Below, in pieces: positions 39,271-51,225 of a stretch of 64,000 nt of DNA. How positions within the stretch are numbered: position 1 is the stretch's first letter; every line of letters starts with the position of its first letter. Source of the stretch: Psammoneis japonica. Lineage: Eukaryota. The notes below the pieces were generated by a model that saw only the letters and a list, made by a program, of their open reading frames with translations, was not told the DNA's origin and did no database searches. A program made the position numbers and the translations under genes. The DNA lies in assembly GCA_008632985.1 (NCBI GenBank), contig QPGO01000051.1:186001-250000 (forward strand). The letters run 5' to 3'.

Positions 39271-41562
39271 TGGCTTTCAACAGCTTTCTAGCACCCACAT
39301 TGCTCCAGCTAAATTTGGAGGAAAGTGAGTTTTGAATGATCTCTTTCAGTGCATGGTGCCAGTGTGATCTTTTCACTGTGGACAAGCAGCAATGACGAGG
39401 CGGAAACTAAAGAGCAGGAACAAACCAAGGTGTGGGTGTGGCCCACAGGACACACCACAAAGACAAAGTTCAACGTTGAACATGGCAAGTTGAATTGTGG
39501 GAGACAGGAGGCTCTGGGCAACACTGACAAAATTGCAAGAGTGCAATCACAAACAACTTGCCGCAATGGCCACTTTGCATGTTTTGAACCAAAGCAATCA
39601 AAGAAGGAGTGCAGATTGTGCCCCACAAAGCTTGTTGTGGATTGCGAGGAAGAAGCAGCGACAAGACAAGAATGATTCAATGCCAATGGAATGGTGCCAT
39701 CCTTTGAAGGTGAACAAATGAGTGAGTGACTTGATCAGCTTTGCTTGGACTCTGCTTCAGGACAGTGCACGGTTTGAGGAGAAGAGCATTTCCAGGACAT
39801 TTGCTCACCACACATTTCACCAAGTCTCTTCAGCACCAATTTTGGAAAGTGGCAGCACATGAAGTCAACCCCTTTCAGGACCCAATGCTGGCACCTTCAA
39901 CTTGATTTGACAGCACAGCCATGTGAAGAAAGTCTCCAGCAGAAATTGCAAGAATTGCTTGAATTGCAACATTGAGCAAGATCTCCGGCAAGCTCTTTCA
40001 TCAAAAGAATGTTCTCAAATTGCAGGAGACATTGGAGGATCAGGAGACATTGGAGGATCAGATGGTTCCATCTTTGATGCATTGGAAGCAGCCACACTGC
40101 ACGATCTGATGACTGCTGTGCAGCCAGACAACTGTTGAGTGTTTGCGCTGTTCTTTCAAGAGAAGGATCAGTTGCACCCACGGACAGGACTCCATTTAAA
40201 AGATTGAGAGCCGGTGTGCTGCCTTGGTTGCAGACATGTCTCTTCACAAAACTGGAGGAAATGTGCAAGAACAATGCTGAGCCAGACTCTCTCTGGATGG
40301 GTGCACACAAAGGGCAATGCAGTCACAGGATTTGTTGGCAGTTTTGGTGCTGTGTTCAGATGCTGACTTCTTTGTAAACCATGGCGTGAGAAGGCTGGCC
40401 AAAGAAAGCTGTTGAGCCATTCAAAGAGGAAGTGCTGCCTTGCTCATGTGCACAAGATCTTCTTGATGATGCTTCTTCTGTTTGCTTTCAATGACCTCAT
40501 CTCTCCCTTTCACTTTCTGCAGACAGATGGATTGAGAAGGGCAAGAAATCAATGGCACATGGCATTTCCACTTTTCAAACTCAATGAGATGCTCCAGATG
40601 ATGCAAATCTTGCTGCCCAGTGTGGGTGGCCCATTGTTTTTGCATTTTGTTTTGGTCAAAAGGTTGTCAAGAATCAAAAGAACTTTTCTCAACAGCTGTG
40701 GGAAGCTGCAAATGTCTGCACCAATGCTGGCTTTCTTCACCCAAGCTTGAGACTGGATCAGGCCTGAACAACTGCTGCTCTGTCATGTGTGAGAAACAGA
40801 CTGTCAAGCCAGCCATGACTTGCGCGAGCCTTGCAAGCACAAAATGACAAAGGCTGTCTCAATGTCATGTGGTCTTTGCTGGTGCACACATGGGTTGCTG
40901 GTGCACTCTGCATCAAGCAGCAATGAGCAACAATCAACATTGGTCACATCATGACTTGTGCAGTCAAAACATTTTGGGGGTTCATTTTGCCAGCTGAGGC
41001 ACAATTCAATGTCATGTCTTCACTGTTCACTGACAGCTGCTTCATTGTCCTCACCACCAGCTGCTGACCAACAGTGCAATCACTTGGCTCCCACAGACAA
41101 ATGATCAACAGTTTCTGCTGAATGTGAGGATGATGGGTCTTTGATGCCAATGGCCCATCCTGTTCCTTCTCCTGCCAATGCCAAGGTTGCAACTGTGGCA
41201 GTTGTTGCAGCTTTTTGACAGGCACCAGGCCCTCCCTTGAGTGACCAATGATTGCATGCTGCAGGCATTGAGAAAGCCATGCATCACTTTGCACCCATCT
41301 GGAGCTGGCTGCTCCTTGCAAAACACATTTTGGAAAGCTTTTTGGAAACCCTGATGGGATGCCATGGTTGATTGATCAAAACAAAGGCAAGGCGACTCTC
41401 CTGATTTTGTTGGCACTGCATGTTCACACGAAGCCACACAGGTCTCAGAACTGCCAGAGTGCTGCCTGCATTCTTTCAGAAGGATCTCACTCAAGCACAC
41501 AGGGACTGTTTTGTGATGTGCCATCATGATGTGGCAAACATCAATGGTCAGCGCACTTTTCC

Positions 41563-41790
41563 ATGACAAAAAACAACTGCGCACTTTCACATGACAAAAA
41601 GCAGCCATTCACCTTTGACAAAAGCTGACCACACACTTTTGCACAACAAAAAACAACCACAAACTTTTTCCTGACAAGAAACAACCACTCATCTTTACAA
41701 AAAACAACCATGCACATTTGCACAACAAGAAACAGCTGTGGACTGTTGTCAAAAAACAACCGCGCACTTTCACACAACAAAAAACAACCA
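41563..41790 (+). repeat. Degenerate minisatellite of about 25-30 bp units (acaaaaaacaacc..cacttt), roughly 8-9 copies
   Basis: Recurrent acaaaaaacaacc / acaagaaacaacc cores. Confidence 0.7.
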
Positions 41791-42119
41791 TCAATTCAAA
41801 TTTGTCCATTGTGCAGGGCGTCACACAAATTTCACAGTGCTGCTGTGAGACCCAGGCCTCAGAGTCTGTCCAGCCAAACACTGTCATGCATGGGGGTGTG
41901 ACCACACCTGCGTCACACAGGCTTTTCTGATGATGTCACATGGCACACCCGCGGTGTTTGTCCAAACACATTGGTGTGCATTGTGATGGCACATTGCTTG
42001 ATGGACGACATTGGTCACATGATTCAAACTTGCAGCACGCAAAGCAATGCAACATGAATGAAACAGCAACAGCAACACCATGAGAATGACCTCACCATGA
42101 TGATTTTTTGCCATGGCAC

Positions 42120-43820
42120 AGCACGATGCAACCAGCGCAATGCAACCTGGGTGAGCCCTGAGTGTTTGATGCTGGTGGAGCTGAGCACTGCTTTGTGCAG
42201 TGGCTGCACACTCACCTCAGCCCTTCAGTCAAACAAGTGAGCAGGTGTTTGATGAACTTGGGCAGTCAGAGCAACAAGCAAATTTTGCATCTTTCTCAAA
42301 GAAACCACGTGTGTGCCCACATCATGGTTTCTCTGCTGAGACTGGCTCAAGCTCAGCATGCACTCCCCAAATCAATTTTCAGAAAACAATTTTGCCATGT
42401 CATTTTCCTGGGCCCACCATGGCCAGCAACTCATCCCTTGTTTGTGGCACATGAAGGCTCTTTTTCTGACCATGAATGCCAATGAGATGTTGTGCACTTT
42501 CTTCACAGTCCATTCACAAGGTGGAATGAAGAAGAACAGCCAAGGACTGGCTCTCACATTGCTCTGTTTTGTGCTGGCAAAAAGTCGCTCCTCCTGAAAC
42601 ACCTTTGCCATGATTTGTGTGGTTCCTCAGCTGAAAAAACATCAATGATTGGAGCACAGCTGCCCTCAATGTTGTCTGCCAAAACTGTGATCTCATGTGT
42701 CATGTGAGACAACAGAGCCAAGCCACTGGTCGTGTCTCTCATGTTGTTTTTTGCTGCTGTTCTTGCACATTTTTTGTGAGCTCAAGCCACTCATGAGGCA
42801 GCTCACTCAAATGTCTCTGTGCACTGTCAAGTGTTGGAGAGCAGTGGGAGAGCCATTCTGACAACATCACACCAGATGAGATGCCTTTCCATGTCAGATG
42901 CGGCATTTGCACTCTCCTCATGTCATTGTCATGGCAAGAAAAAGTGGTTTGGGAGGTGTGCTGTGGGGAGACACACACAAAAAAAACAGAGCATTGGCTG
43001 AAGAGAGGCATGTGTTGCCATGCTGCCCATGCAACACTCCAAAGCAGAAAACTTCTGCCATGCCACAGCCAACTCCAAAGACCCCTGGTCAGGGGTGTTT
43101 GTTTGTTGTTCTGCCTTGAAGCTTGCTTGCTGCACCGGCTTTCTGACTGCATTTTTTGAAGCATGGGTGGCTTGCACATTTTTGAAGGTGGCTGTTGTGC
43201 AATCTGCTGTGTCCACTGCCCCCCACCATGATTGTTTGCCACAATGTGTGGTGGTGTTGGCTGGTTTGCCACAGCTCACAAAATGTTTGACACCANNNNN
43301 NNNNNNNNNNNNNNNNNNNNNNNNNNNNNNNNNNNNNNNNNNNNNNNNNNNNNNNNNNNNNNNNNNNNNNNNNNNNNNNNNNNNNNNNNNNNNNNNNNNN
43401 NNNNNNNNNNNNNNNNNNNNNNNNNNNNNNNNNNNNNNNNNNNNNNNNNNNNNNNNNNNNNNNNNNNNNNNNNNNNNNNNNNNNNNNNNNNNNNNNNNNN
43501 NNNNNNNNNNNNNNNNNNNNNNNNNNNNNNNNNNNNNNNNNNNNNNNNNNNNNNNNNNNNNNNNNNNNNNNNNNNNNNNNNNNNNNNNNNNNNNNNNNNN
43601 NNNNNNNNNNNNNNNNNNNNNNNNNNNNNNNNNNNNNNNNNNNNNNNNNNNNNNNNNNNNNNNNNNNNNNNNNNNNNNNNNNNNNNNNNNNNNNNNNNNN
43701 NNNNNNNNNNNNNNNNNNNNNCAACAAAAGCACAGGTGAGATGAAAGACAATCTCAAAAGGACTCAAACTTGTTGGCAGGAGCTCAAACAAAGCGGGGCA
43801 CATGCCAGCCAAGCGGAGGG
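42120..43820 (+). repeat. Diverged direct repeat, copy 2 (spans the N gap)
   Basis: Homology to 37560-39270 holds at an offset of about 4.6 kb on both sides of the gap (43722 matches 39131). Confidence 0.85.
43296..43721. other. Assembly gap (N run)
   Basis: Ns in sequence. Confidence 1.
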
Positions 43821-45013
43821 GGCGGGGAAATCAGTGCTCCTTGGGAGGATGACTCCAGATGCTGATCCAAGGACTTGCCTTCTCACCTCTTTCTTAGAAA
43901 CACATTGAGCACAGGTGTCGTGATGGTCAGAGAGCCAAAGGAACTCTGTGTCAAGACAACCTTCAGGATCACATGTTTGCTGGTGATGGTTTTGGGGCTC
44001 ACAGCTCGCATGATGGCAAGCACTCATCACAACGACGGCTGCAACAACTCTCCTCTGATTGGATGTCTAGAAACAGCAAAAAACAAAGATCTTCAGTGAG
44101 AAATTTGCTGAAAGAAAACAGAATTTGTGGCGCGCACATCATGTCAAGAAGACTCGCTGTTCAACGTCGCTGTGTTTTGCATCTCCCCCACTCCATCACA
44201 ATTGTGCTCATCGCTCAAGTCGGGGAATCAGGTGCAGCTGCTGGTGGGGGGCAATTCTGCATCATCTCTGTGCAAATGATCCAACAGAAAGACAAAGACA
44301 CCATCAGTGCGACGCTGCACTCTCGAGGCAAAAAGGAGTCAGCGAAGAGCGAGAAGAATGTGCAGAGTGCAAGACCACTTGCAGTTCGGTTGTGCCACTT
44401 TGTTGCAAGAGGTGAGCAACAATTTTGCAACTCATGCTGCCTGCTTCTGCAAGGCTCCCCGCCACGGTCCTACTCACAGTCTCCCTCACAGTCTCCTCAC
44501 GCTGGTTCTGCCTGGCAATCACTCTGTCATGCAGCGCCAATCGAAGCTGCTGGTTTCTGCTGAGTGATTGAGAGATTGTGGCACTCTGTTTGCCAACGGA
44601 GGTCACACATGCAGAGTCATTGTCATGTGTGCTGACCTTGGATGACTCGTCGAAGCACGGCGAGGCGTTTGGTGTTGTTGGTTTGTTGCTGCGGCTTCGG
44701 CTTCCTTTTTGGCTGGCCGGTGCTTCCGAGAACTTGTTCGTTGGTTGGGTCTTGCTTGCTCCGCTTTGCTGCTGCCGCTTCTTTTGGTGTGCTCTGTCCC
44801 TGGCTTTCCTTTCAGCCTCTTCGTCTGGTTCCATGAGAAGAAGAAGCTTGCAACCTCACCTTGTTGTCGTTGGTTCGATGAATGAACTTTTCAGAAAAAC
44901 AGCGCAGTGCGGGTGCAGGTACTACAAAATAACGTGGGAAGATACAGTACGTCGTAGCTCTCCGTAGAAATCCTACGTAAAACAATCCTCAGCGAACAGA
45001 ATTCTCACACAAA

Positions 45014-45150
45014 TGTTTCACGAGCGTTTCACTGGCGTTTCACGGGCGTTTCAAAACGAATTTTTTTCGTGTATTTTGTGCGTAGTCTGACAAAAAAAAA
45101 TGTCAGACGGGTGTCAGACGGATGTCAGACGGATGTCAGACCAGGTCAGA
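45014..45150. repeat. Two adjacent 11-bp tandem arrays (gcgtttcacgg-like x4; gatgtcagacg-like x5), likely TE subterminal repeats
   Basis: gtttcacgagcgtttcactggcgtttcacgggcgtttca and tgtcagacgggtgtcagacggatgtcagacggatgtcagaccaggtcaga. Confidence 0.8.
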
Positions 45151-45362
45151 AAATTTAATTCAAACGCTGGGGAGAGATGTATAGTATTACTTCTACGTGG
45201 AACCTACGTTCCATACAGTATCTGCAGAGAATCAAACATCACCATGACCTCATCTCACCGCAGAAACACTATTATTTCGACCTCCTTTTTGGTCACAACA
45301 ACATTCATCTGCGGGTGTGCTGAACCGGAATGCATATTTTAATTGAGACGCCATGTAAAGCA

Positions 45363-46268
45363 ATGATGTTGAGAAGAATTCTTCTGCTGCTAACTGCTGT
45401 GTCGGCGTCGCCCACATACCCTTCTGACCCTCCAATGTTGATTGATAAAGTAGTTCCGTTTCAGCGATGGACGGAGCACGGCTCGTATGTGACGGGCTTG
45501 ATATTCACCTCTCCCGCAACGACTAGCAATATGGGAATTAGTTGGACCCGCGGCATAACCAATCATGATCCATACTGGTTCAGCGTAGATGGAGACTCAC
45601 CGCAAGTTCTGTATTGGCCGAGCAAAGGTGAGGGAGAGAATTTTCTAAGCAACTGGAACGTTGATACAAAAACTGGGGGGACGCGTCAGTACGATGCTGC
45701 CATGTTTACTCCGAATACGCCTAATTCGTATGGCTTGAAGAAGGAAATGCATGTTGTTCGATTAGAGATAAACGACAAGTACGGATCGACGAATGGAGTA
45801 CACTTTGTGGCTACAGACACGCAAGTTGTTTGGACTCCCACGAAACATCTCTCGAGAATGAGAGCCAAGTTCGACCGATGGGTCAGGTCCAAAGGACACA
45901 AAGCTCAAGCCGTAATCGAGGTGTTGCAGAATAGAATCATCAACCAAAACCCTGGAGGAAACATTGGCAACCAAAACATTCAAGTGGCCGAGTTTCCCAC
46001 GTATCATAACGGTTGTCTGCTCGTCACATTTTATCGTCAATTGAGCAATACGTTGACGTATCCCCCAGAGATCGACCCATCGTATTACTGCGAACCTGGC
46101 ACTCCTTGTGCGCCACCACCATATACTCAGCGAGTCATTGAGTTTGGGGTGGAGGAGTACATTCAGTATGAAAAGTGTCGAGGAAAGAGCAAACTCAAGA
46201 AAACGGGTGTTGATCGGAAACGATACATCAAAGACTCTCGACGAGTAGCCTCATTATATGGATACTGA
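45363..46268 (+). CDS. Secreted hypothetical protein, intronless
   Basis: About 300-aa ORF with signal peptide MMLRRILLLLTAVSA and normal codon usage; no family recognised. Confidence 0.65.
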   Translation: MMLRRILLLLTAVSASPTYPSDPPMLIDKVVPFQRWTEHGSYVTGLIFTSPATTSNMGISWTRGITNHDPYWFSVDGDSPQVLYWPSKGEGENFLSNWNVDTKTGGTRQYDAAMFTPNTPNSYGLKKEMHVVRLEINDKYGSTNGVHFVATDTQVVWTPTKHLSRMRAKFDRWVRSKGHKAQAVIEVLQNRIINQNPGGNIGNQNIQVAEFPTYHNGCLLVTFYRQLSNTLTYPPEIDPSYYCEPGTPCAPPPYTQRVIEFGVEEYIQYEKCRGKSKLKKTGVDRKRYIKDSRRVASLYGY

Positions 46269-46675
46269 GGACGTGGGAGCTTGAAGCGAATGTGGAATAC
46301 GGCACCAACACGCTTGCAGAGTACTTCTAGGTCAGGTTGCTCCGGATCCTGTCCCTTCTGCCGAATTGTAATACAACTTTGTGAACCTTGCGTAATATCT
46401 CGCACCTCGTCATGAATTCGCAAGGTATATATAGCTAACATCTACTCTAGCTAGTAGAGAGAACTACCCTCCAAGCTTCGGAAAAGCGCTAACCGAAGTA
46501 TTCATACCGGTATGCGGCGCATGCAGGCAACTTGAACGCGAGCTATCATGGCATCTCGGACCTCGTGCTCTGACCTCTGACTCATCAGTCGAACGTTAGT
46601 GCGATGACAAAACAACTCACGATGGCGGCATGAGAAGGGGGCAAGAGCAAATGCAACAACTCATTCAAACTCGGC

Positions 46676-47343
46676 GAATGCAAAATAGAATAATGATAAA
46701 GAGAAAGGCATTGCTCTCGTTCTTTTCGTTCATGGCCTTATTCCTCATACCAGCGAGTGGGTTATCCTCCCAAAAAAGACATGGTCGAGTGACAAAGTCT
46801 GCTGTAAGACAACCTCGGCTGAAACTACCAGACTCGATTGAGGAAATGCTGTTTCCAGCAGAAACTGTTGAAGACGTTGACCCAGAGAAAACTCTCGCAG
46901 AATTCTAGTTTCAAGACGATAATGTAAAAACGGCTCAAGCTAGTATGGAACTGTATCTGAATCAATGGGCTTTCAAGCTTGCTACGGACGATCAAAACGG
47001 ATTGTCTACTCCAATCACAGCTTCTACCTTTTTGAAACAAAGTTCAACCGAGTCTCGTCAAGTCATCATGTTTCGACCGCCTCCCAGATACTTATCGTAT
47101 AACGAGCAAAAGTCCATGGAAAAAGGTCAGCTTCCGGACCGCAAAGGAGCCAAACTCAACTCAAAGAGTCCCGGGGGTGTTGAGCTGCATTTGGCAGTCG
47201 AAGGTGACATTCCATCGCTGAAAGCCAAAAGATGTGGAGTTGATTCTGATGCAATCATCAAAGAATCCAGTGAGCGCGCTGTCATCAGGAGATTGACTGA
47301 AGCTTGTCGGATCTGGCAAAAAGTGCGAGCAATGAAAACATGA
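46676..47343 (+). CDS. Hypothetical protein with signal peptide; frameshift near 46900
   Basis: ALLSFFSFMALFLIPASGLS leader; continuation ELYLNQWAFKLATDD...FRPPPRYLS...PGGVE...IIKESSERAVIRRL. Confidence 0.6.
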
Positions 47344-48566
47344 GCGTTGATGATCACTCGGGAGTGTTTATGCTGGAAGTAGTAGGTCTCGAGTGTGTCT
47401 TTTGAAGGTGCAGGTCCTTGATATGATGCCAGCCCTACCGGTAGAGCCCTGTCATACAGAGGATGCCAAATCTCACAAGAAAGCAAGCGGGCAGTATTCT
47501 TCAACCTAAGCGGGGGGATTCGTTTGCACAGTATCTTTTTTCCAACAGAATCATTGCTAGTGAGATTACTGACCGGCACTATATTATATAATGGTTTGAT
47601 GATGAAAATTTCAAGATTTTCTCATGGAAGGACTCACGATGATAAAAGCTGGAATGTGTGCTAGGTTCACAGCCTACCCAGAAGCGTAATCTCTGTCACC
47701 TCCAACCTCTGCGAAGAAACTGGTCAAAGTCGGGAAGTCTACTCTAGTTTATGAAAAGCTTTGTCACAATGGACGGTTACTGTGTCAAATTACTTAATCT
47801 TGTCCTGCGTCAGAAACAAACGGCGAGAATGCTAGGATTGCGATTCCGGCAAGTATCGGGATGTATCTTGAGCAAAGGCTGAGTGATAGTATCCAGAGCC
47901 ACCAAACAGATTGATCAATTGATTCGAAGCCAGGCATCCATCGCTGGATCAACGTCTTTACGAAACTATGCAACGTCCTTTTCCACTCGCGAATTCGAGC
48001 GAGAGCAGGATTGTTTCAATTGTCAATCGGAGAAATGCCTAAGCCATTGCAAAGAATAGGCCTAAACTAGATAACATTCATTGCGAACAAAAGCTGCTAT
48101 CCATCTGAACCTCTCTTCTCCACGAACAAATCGGAGATTGCTATCACCAAGCTCAAACTTGCCATTAACCAGTGAAATTCGAGAAATGTGAGCGGGATTG
48201 TTGGCTTTCCTACGGGATTTCTGCGGGCACCGGTGCGCTTCCTACTCAGTCACGAATGACAGTGCCAGCCTCATCTTAAAAAGCGATGACCGTGTTGCTC
48301 ACGACGCGTGCAATTCTAACTTTTGTTGCATTGAAATAATCTCACCAATCTCCATCTTTACTGACACCATTACACCCATTATGATTGCACACATTGTGCT
48401 AATTATTCCATCACTGTCGATCTCCCCTGCTGCGCGCATTTCACAGCAAGCAGAACCACACAGCAAGAACTTTCTTTGGGCGACCTTTTGCTGGGATTCT
48501 TCCTGCATTGCTGTGAATGAGATCAGCTGGATGATTCGAGCTCTCTGGTCCTTTGTCCTTGCAGGC

Positions 48567-48848
48567 NNNNNNNNNNNNNNNNNNNNNNNNNNNNNNNNNN
48601 NNNNNNNNNNNNNNNNNNNNNNNNNNNNNNNNNNNNNNNNNNNNNNNNNNNNNNNNNNNNNNNNNNNNNNNNNNNNNNNNNNNNNNNNNNNNNNNNNNNN
48701 NNNNNNNNNNNNNNNNNNNNNNNNNNNNNNNNNNNNNNNNNNNNNNNNNNNNNNNNNNNNNNNNNNNNNNNNNNNNNNNNNNNNNNNNNNNNNNNNNNNN
48801 NNNNNNNNNNNNNNNNNNNNNNNNNNNNNNNNNNNNNNNNNNNNNNNN
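48567..48848. other. Assembly gap (N run)
   Basis: Ns in sequence. Confidence 1.
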
Positions 48849-51225
48849 GCTCCAAGAGCTCTTCACATGCTTTTGCGCACCCATGTTGGATTGGGTGCAA
48901 ACTGCAACAGCTGTTGAGCTGGTTGACACTGTGGACAACAACCCTGCTGCAGTGGTGGAAGCAGCTTTTGAAGTGGGCAATGCCAACAAGGAGCCTTGTG
49001 ATGTTTCAAATGATCCTGCCTGGTGCTGTGGCCACAGACAATGCTCCAGCTGATGCAAAGGTGAGAGCACTCCTGTTGCTGTGGCAGAGGAGCATGTGGT
49101 TGAAGGCTTGGATGGTTTTGCAGCAGTCACATGACATGGGTGGCTGGCACAACAATTGATGAAGAAGCACCCATTCCCGCTGCTGATGTCAAGGAACAAC
49201 CTGTTGTTGCTGATGCCATGAATGACCCAGCAGCTGCCGCCCACCACAATGCCAAGGAAGGTTCAAGCAACAGCTGGGTTTGGAGAAGCAACAGATGAAA
49301 TGTAGAACCTGTGGCAGAAAATGGCAATGGAGTTCAGGCAAACATGCTGAAGCTTCTTCAAGGCAGAGTCAAGTTGGCAGCAGGTGTGTCTCACAACATT
49401 TTGTTGTTTTCTTTAGATTTGCAATTGTGCCAGTTTTGACATTTTGTTTTCAAGCAGCACCAAGATTTGAATTGTTCAGGAATCAATGCACTCAGCATCC
49501 AATGACAAGGGAGGCTTCCACAGTGTTTGAGAAATCATGCACAGTTGTTTTGATTTGGTCAATGGGAGTCATCCTCCACACTCTCCAACATGGCCTCTCT
49601 GGGTGTCTCAAGCCATGGCACAGTGAGCTCAACAGCTCCACACCCACACCACATGCAAAGTTGCGGACAGTGTGACCCTGGCTGTGGTGGTCACTTGGGT
49701 TCATTCTTGACCAGTGCTCTCAAAACCATGCACTGCTGCTGAGACATTCTGTGCAACCTCTTCAGGCTCAGGACAACGGTGCTTGTTGTTCTTTTTTGAC
49801 TAAAACCAAATCCACTCACACACATGCCATGAGAAAAGACAACATGCCAGCATCAACCCTTGATCTCTTCAGATGTCTCAACCCCAATGGCAATGAAGCC
49901 ATTCTTCCTCTCCCACTGCTGTGTGCTGCAGGGGCCCAAATGTTGCCAGTGTTCCTCTGGCATCAACATCAGGCAAGCATGGAAAGAGCACTTGACTGTG
50001 GGATTTCATCTGTGCACTCCAGCCTCCAGCTTGAGCAACCATGACGCAGGCACATCAGCTCAGCAGCACCACCTTGTGGGAAAGCTTGAGAGCCACAGTG
50101 GTTGCACTGAAAATGGACATTTTTCAAACACCTCCTTGATGCCACTGCCAGAAGCCCCGATGACATGCTTTGTGGTAGAGCACAAAGGTCAAATCCATTC
50201 TTCAAACACAGCCATCTTTTCCTTGTTGAGCATCAACTTTGAAAGTGCACAATCTGATCCCATCAGCTGCGACTGTGCAAGCACCGCTGTTGCTGCCAGT
50301 TGCTTGCTTTTTTTTCTGGACATGGGGCAACAAGCCTGTTGCAGCACACACAAGCCTGCCATGCCAAGCCACAACAAGCAGCACACTCCTTGTGAGAAAA
50401 GCTGCACCCTCTTGGTGTGATGTGTCTGGCAATTTTTGAAAATTCTGCTCAAAAGGGAGAGATGACATCACCAAGTCAGAACCACACAAAGCCAGACATT
50501 TGGTCTCCTTTGTGGAGCAATTGGGGAGGAGTTTCCCAGGAGAAGCCAGAGTGAGAGCTCCAGCAAGCCAGGGCAAAACACTTCGTGGCTGACAATGTGC
50601 GCTCCTGGGTCATTTTTTCTTTGCTGAGGTCTGGCACTTGCTTTGAAGCTGCAAATTGGCAACTTTGCAGTGTCCAAGAATGACGCCAAAATGTGTGCAA
50701 GTTCATGCTACATTCTTTGCTGCAACTCAAGAGTGCTCGCGCTGTTTTTGAAAGGCGCTCTTGTTTTTCTTTCCCGCTGGCAACAGCCAGTTGACTCAAG
50801 TGTTGCGCCACCACTCAAAGCCTCAAGGAATTGCCCAGGAATGACAGAGAGTCCACCAAAGCTGCTGCCTGACCAGGGATGGAAACAAAAAGCAGGTGAG
50901 CAACAACAAGAGGCAGCTGCCCACGCACCAAGGGGCAATTGCGGGCAAGGAAAGTGCGTCATTTCTGCTTGATCTGCGGGGTTCTTGGATCATTTCTCCC
51001 AACCTGAAACCCCCCAAAATGCTGCTTGAGCCAGTGCTCATTGCACATGACATGGAACAAGCATCAACTGCTGTTGCACGAGCAACAAGTTTTCCAATTT
51101 CTCAAAAGGGATCAACTGCACAGCATCAACAACGTCCATCCTCCTGTCCATCCTTGCTTCAACTCGTCTTGCATTCGCCCCAGCAGAGGCTGAGCAGATG
51201 CGTGGGATGTGCGATGCATCAGACC
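48849..51225. mobile_element. TpA/CpG-depleted degenerate TE-derived sequence, class unclear
   Basis: Same dinucleotide signature as the other islands; ORFs almost Tyr-free. Confidence 0.6.

Larger units (their letters stand above)
36600..45150. mobile_element. Large degenerate, probably nested TE island with internal duplication, minisatellite and subterminal 11-mer arrays
   Basis: Extreme TA/CG loss (hand count 38041-38640: 1 TA, 0 CG in 600 bp), direct repeat, short tandem arrays at the right end, assembly gap inside. Confidence 0.7.

Noticed and set aside
41563..41790. Repeat array as CRISPR
   Set aside because: Units are degenerate and adjacent with no unique spacers, no cas genes are present, and the context is eukaryotic
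36499..44967. Dozens of overlapping Cys/His-rich ORFs as genes or metal-binding proteins
   Set aside because: Artefact of TA loss: TAA/TAG stops and Tyr codons are missing, so ORFs open in all frames
47790..48566. Possible minus-strand membrane-protein remnant
   Set aside because: Stops in all frames, no recognisable family, and truncated by the gap
50040..50110. SFPTRW on the minus strand as a hAT transposase TRW motif
   Set aside because: A single short motif in heavily mutated sequence is not enough to assign a superfamily
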